A stretch of DNA of 64,000 nucleotides from Neocallimastix sp. 'constans' (taxonomy: Eukaryota), in NCBI GenBank assembly GCA_050613775.1, contig JBODTK010000143.1:372001-436000 (forward strand), read 5' to 3'. Below, piece after piece: positions 62,872 to 64,000 of the stretch. Within the stretch, counting starts at the first letter, position 1. Each line of letters opens with the position of its first letter. A model generated the notes under the pieces. That model searched no databases, was not told the DNA's origin, and saw only the letters and a program-made list of their open reading frames with translations. A program made the position numbers and the translations under genes.

Positions 62872-63830
62872 ATGGTTGAGGAGAATCAAAATTCTGTTAC
62901 AAAAAATGAAAAAGTATTAGATTATACTGATAGTAAAGAAGAAATTATCGATATTAATGGTGTCTCAACAAAAATTTTATATATTAAAGCTGAAAATATA
63001 TCTGAAAATTCACCAAGAACAGTAGTAATTTTAGTTCCTGGTTTGCAAATTATTTTATTTTTATGAAATTAATATTTTATAAATAAATATTGAGTATAAA
63101 TTATTAATTTTTATCAAAAAAAAAAAAAAAATAAAAATAAAAAAAAAAATAAAATAAATAAAATAAAATAAATGAATGAATGAAAAGTAATACTAATAAA
63201 AATAAAAAAAAAAAATAAATTAATATAATAAAATGAAATAAAATAAAATAAAATTTAGGTAGTCCTGGTATTGTAGACTATTATCGTAGATTTATGGGTC
63301 AAATTTATGATACATGGGATAAGAAAATTGATATTTATGGAAGTAAGAATAATTTATTATTGGTATAGTTACTTTTTTTAATTCAAAATAAAATAAAATA
63401 AAATTTTTAATAATAAAATGAGATGAATTGAAATTAATTTTCACTGTTTTATTATCATTATTATTATTTTTTTCATTTTTTTTTTTTTTTTTTTTTTAAA
63501 AAAAAATTTTGAAAATATGATAATTATAATGTTATAATATTTAAATTAAAAAATAAAAAATAATAATAACAACAACAACAACAATAAAATGATAATATAT
63601 AAATGAATAAAAAAAATAAATAAATAAATAAATGAAATACTATAATAGTTGAACATAGTGGACATACGGGTAGAAAACTTGAAGGGGATAATGTTTTATA
63701 TTCTAATCAACAATTAATTGATTCAAAAATAAAGTTTTTCGATATGATTAAGGAAAAACCAGAATACGCTAACCCAGATACAAAGTTTTACTTTATTGCA
63801 CATTCTCTTGGTGGATATATGGTTTTAAAA
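62872..63830 (+). CDS. Lipid-droplet-associated hydrolase-like alpha/beta hydrolase (LDAH/DUF2305), 5' part only; exons 62872-63040, 63259-63342, 63649-63830, continuing beyond the window
   Basis: In-frame GT-AG splicing yields VILVPGSPGIVDYYRRF, IYGIEHSGH, QQLIDSKIKF and the nucleophile elbow IAHSLGGY. A further donor site occurs at 63831. Confidence 0.85.
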
Positions 63831-63899
63831 GTAAATATTTAATAATACATATATATATTATATGATATATACACATGGTAATAATTAAATTAATTTTTT

Positions 63900-63934
<35 letters not shown>

Positions 63935-64000
63935 TTTTTATTATTATTATATATGTAAATAAATTATTAAATTATTATGCTTGTTAATTTTTTTTTATTA

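Overview
Extremely AT-rich, intron-containing eukaryotic DNA, most consistent with an anaerobic gut fungus (Neocallimastigomycota). This is inferred from composition plus a secreted CotH-kinase/CBM29-like gene. I can model six protein genes: (1) a 3-exon secreted CotH kinase fused to three CBM29-like modules and a C-terminal CBM1, with no dockerin (9498-13271); (2) a low-complexity single-pass membrane protein (26644-29244, minus); (3) a 3-exon Pex26-like protein with a probable GC-AG intron (39410-43881); (4) an ANKRD13-like protein (48247-50742, minus); (5) an intronless Hsp104/ClpB (58546-61428); (6) the 5' part of an LDAH-like alpha/beta hydrolase (62872 to the window end). A near-full-length, frameshifted, single-ORF APE-RT LINE (14432-19345) has a poly(A) tail and a perfect 14-bp target-site duplication. 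It sits exactly in the 5' end of an older, decayed relative (19346 to about 23650). Both elements begin with a covarying kink-turn (box C/D-like) hairpin. There is also a short SINE-like insertion with a TSD (about 3.2 kb), further repeat relics and many simple-sequence arrays. All family assignments come from motif recognition by eye, not from searches.
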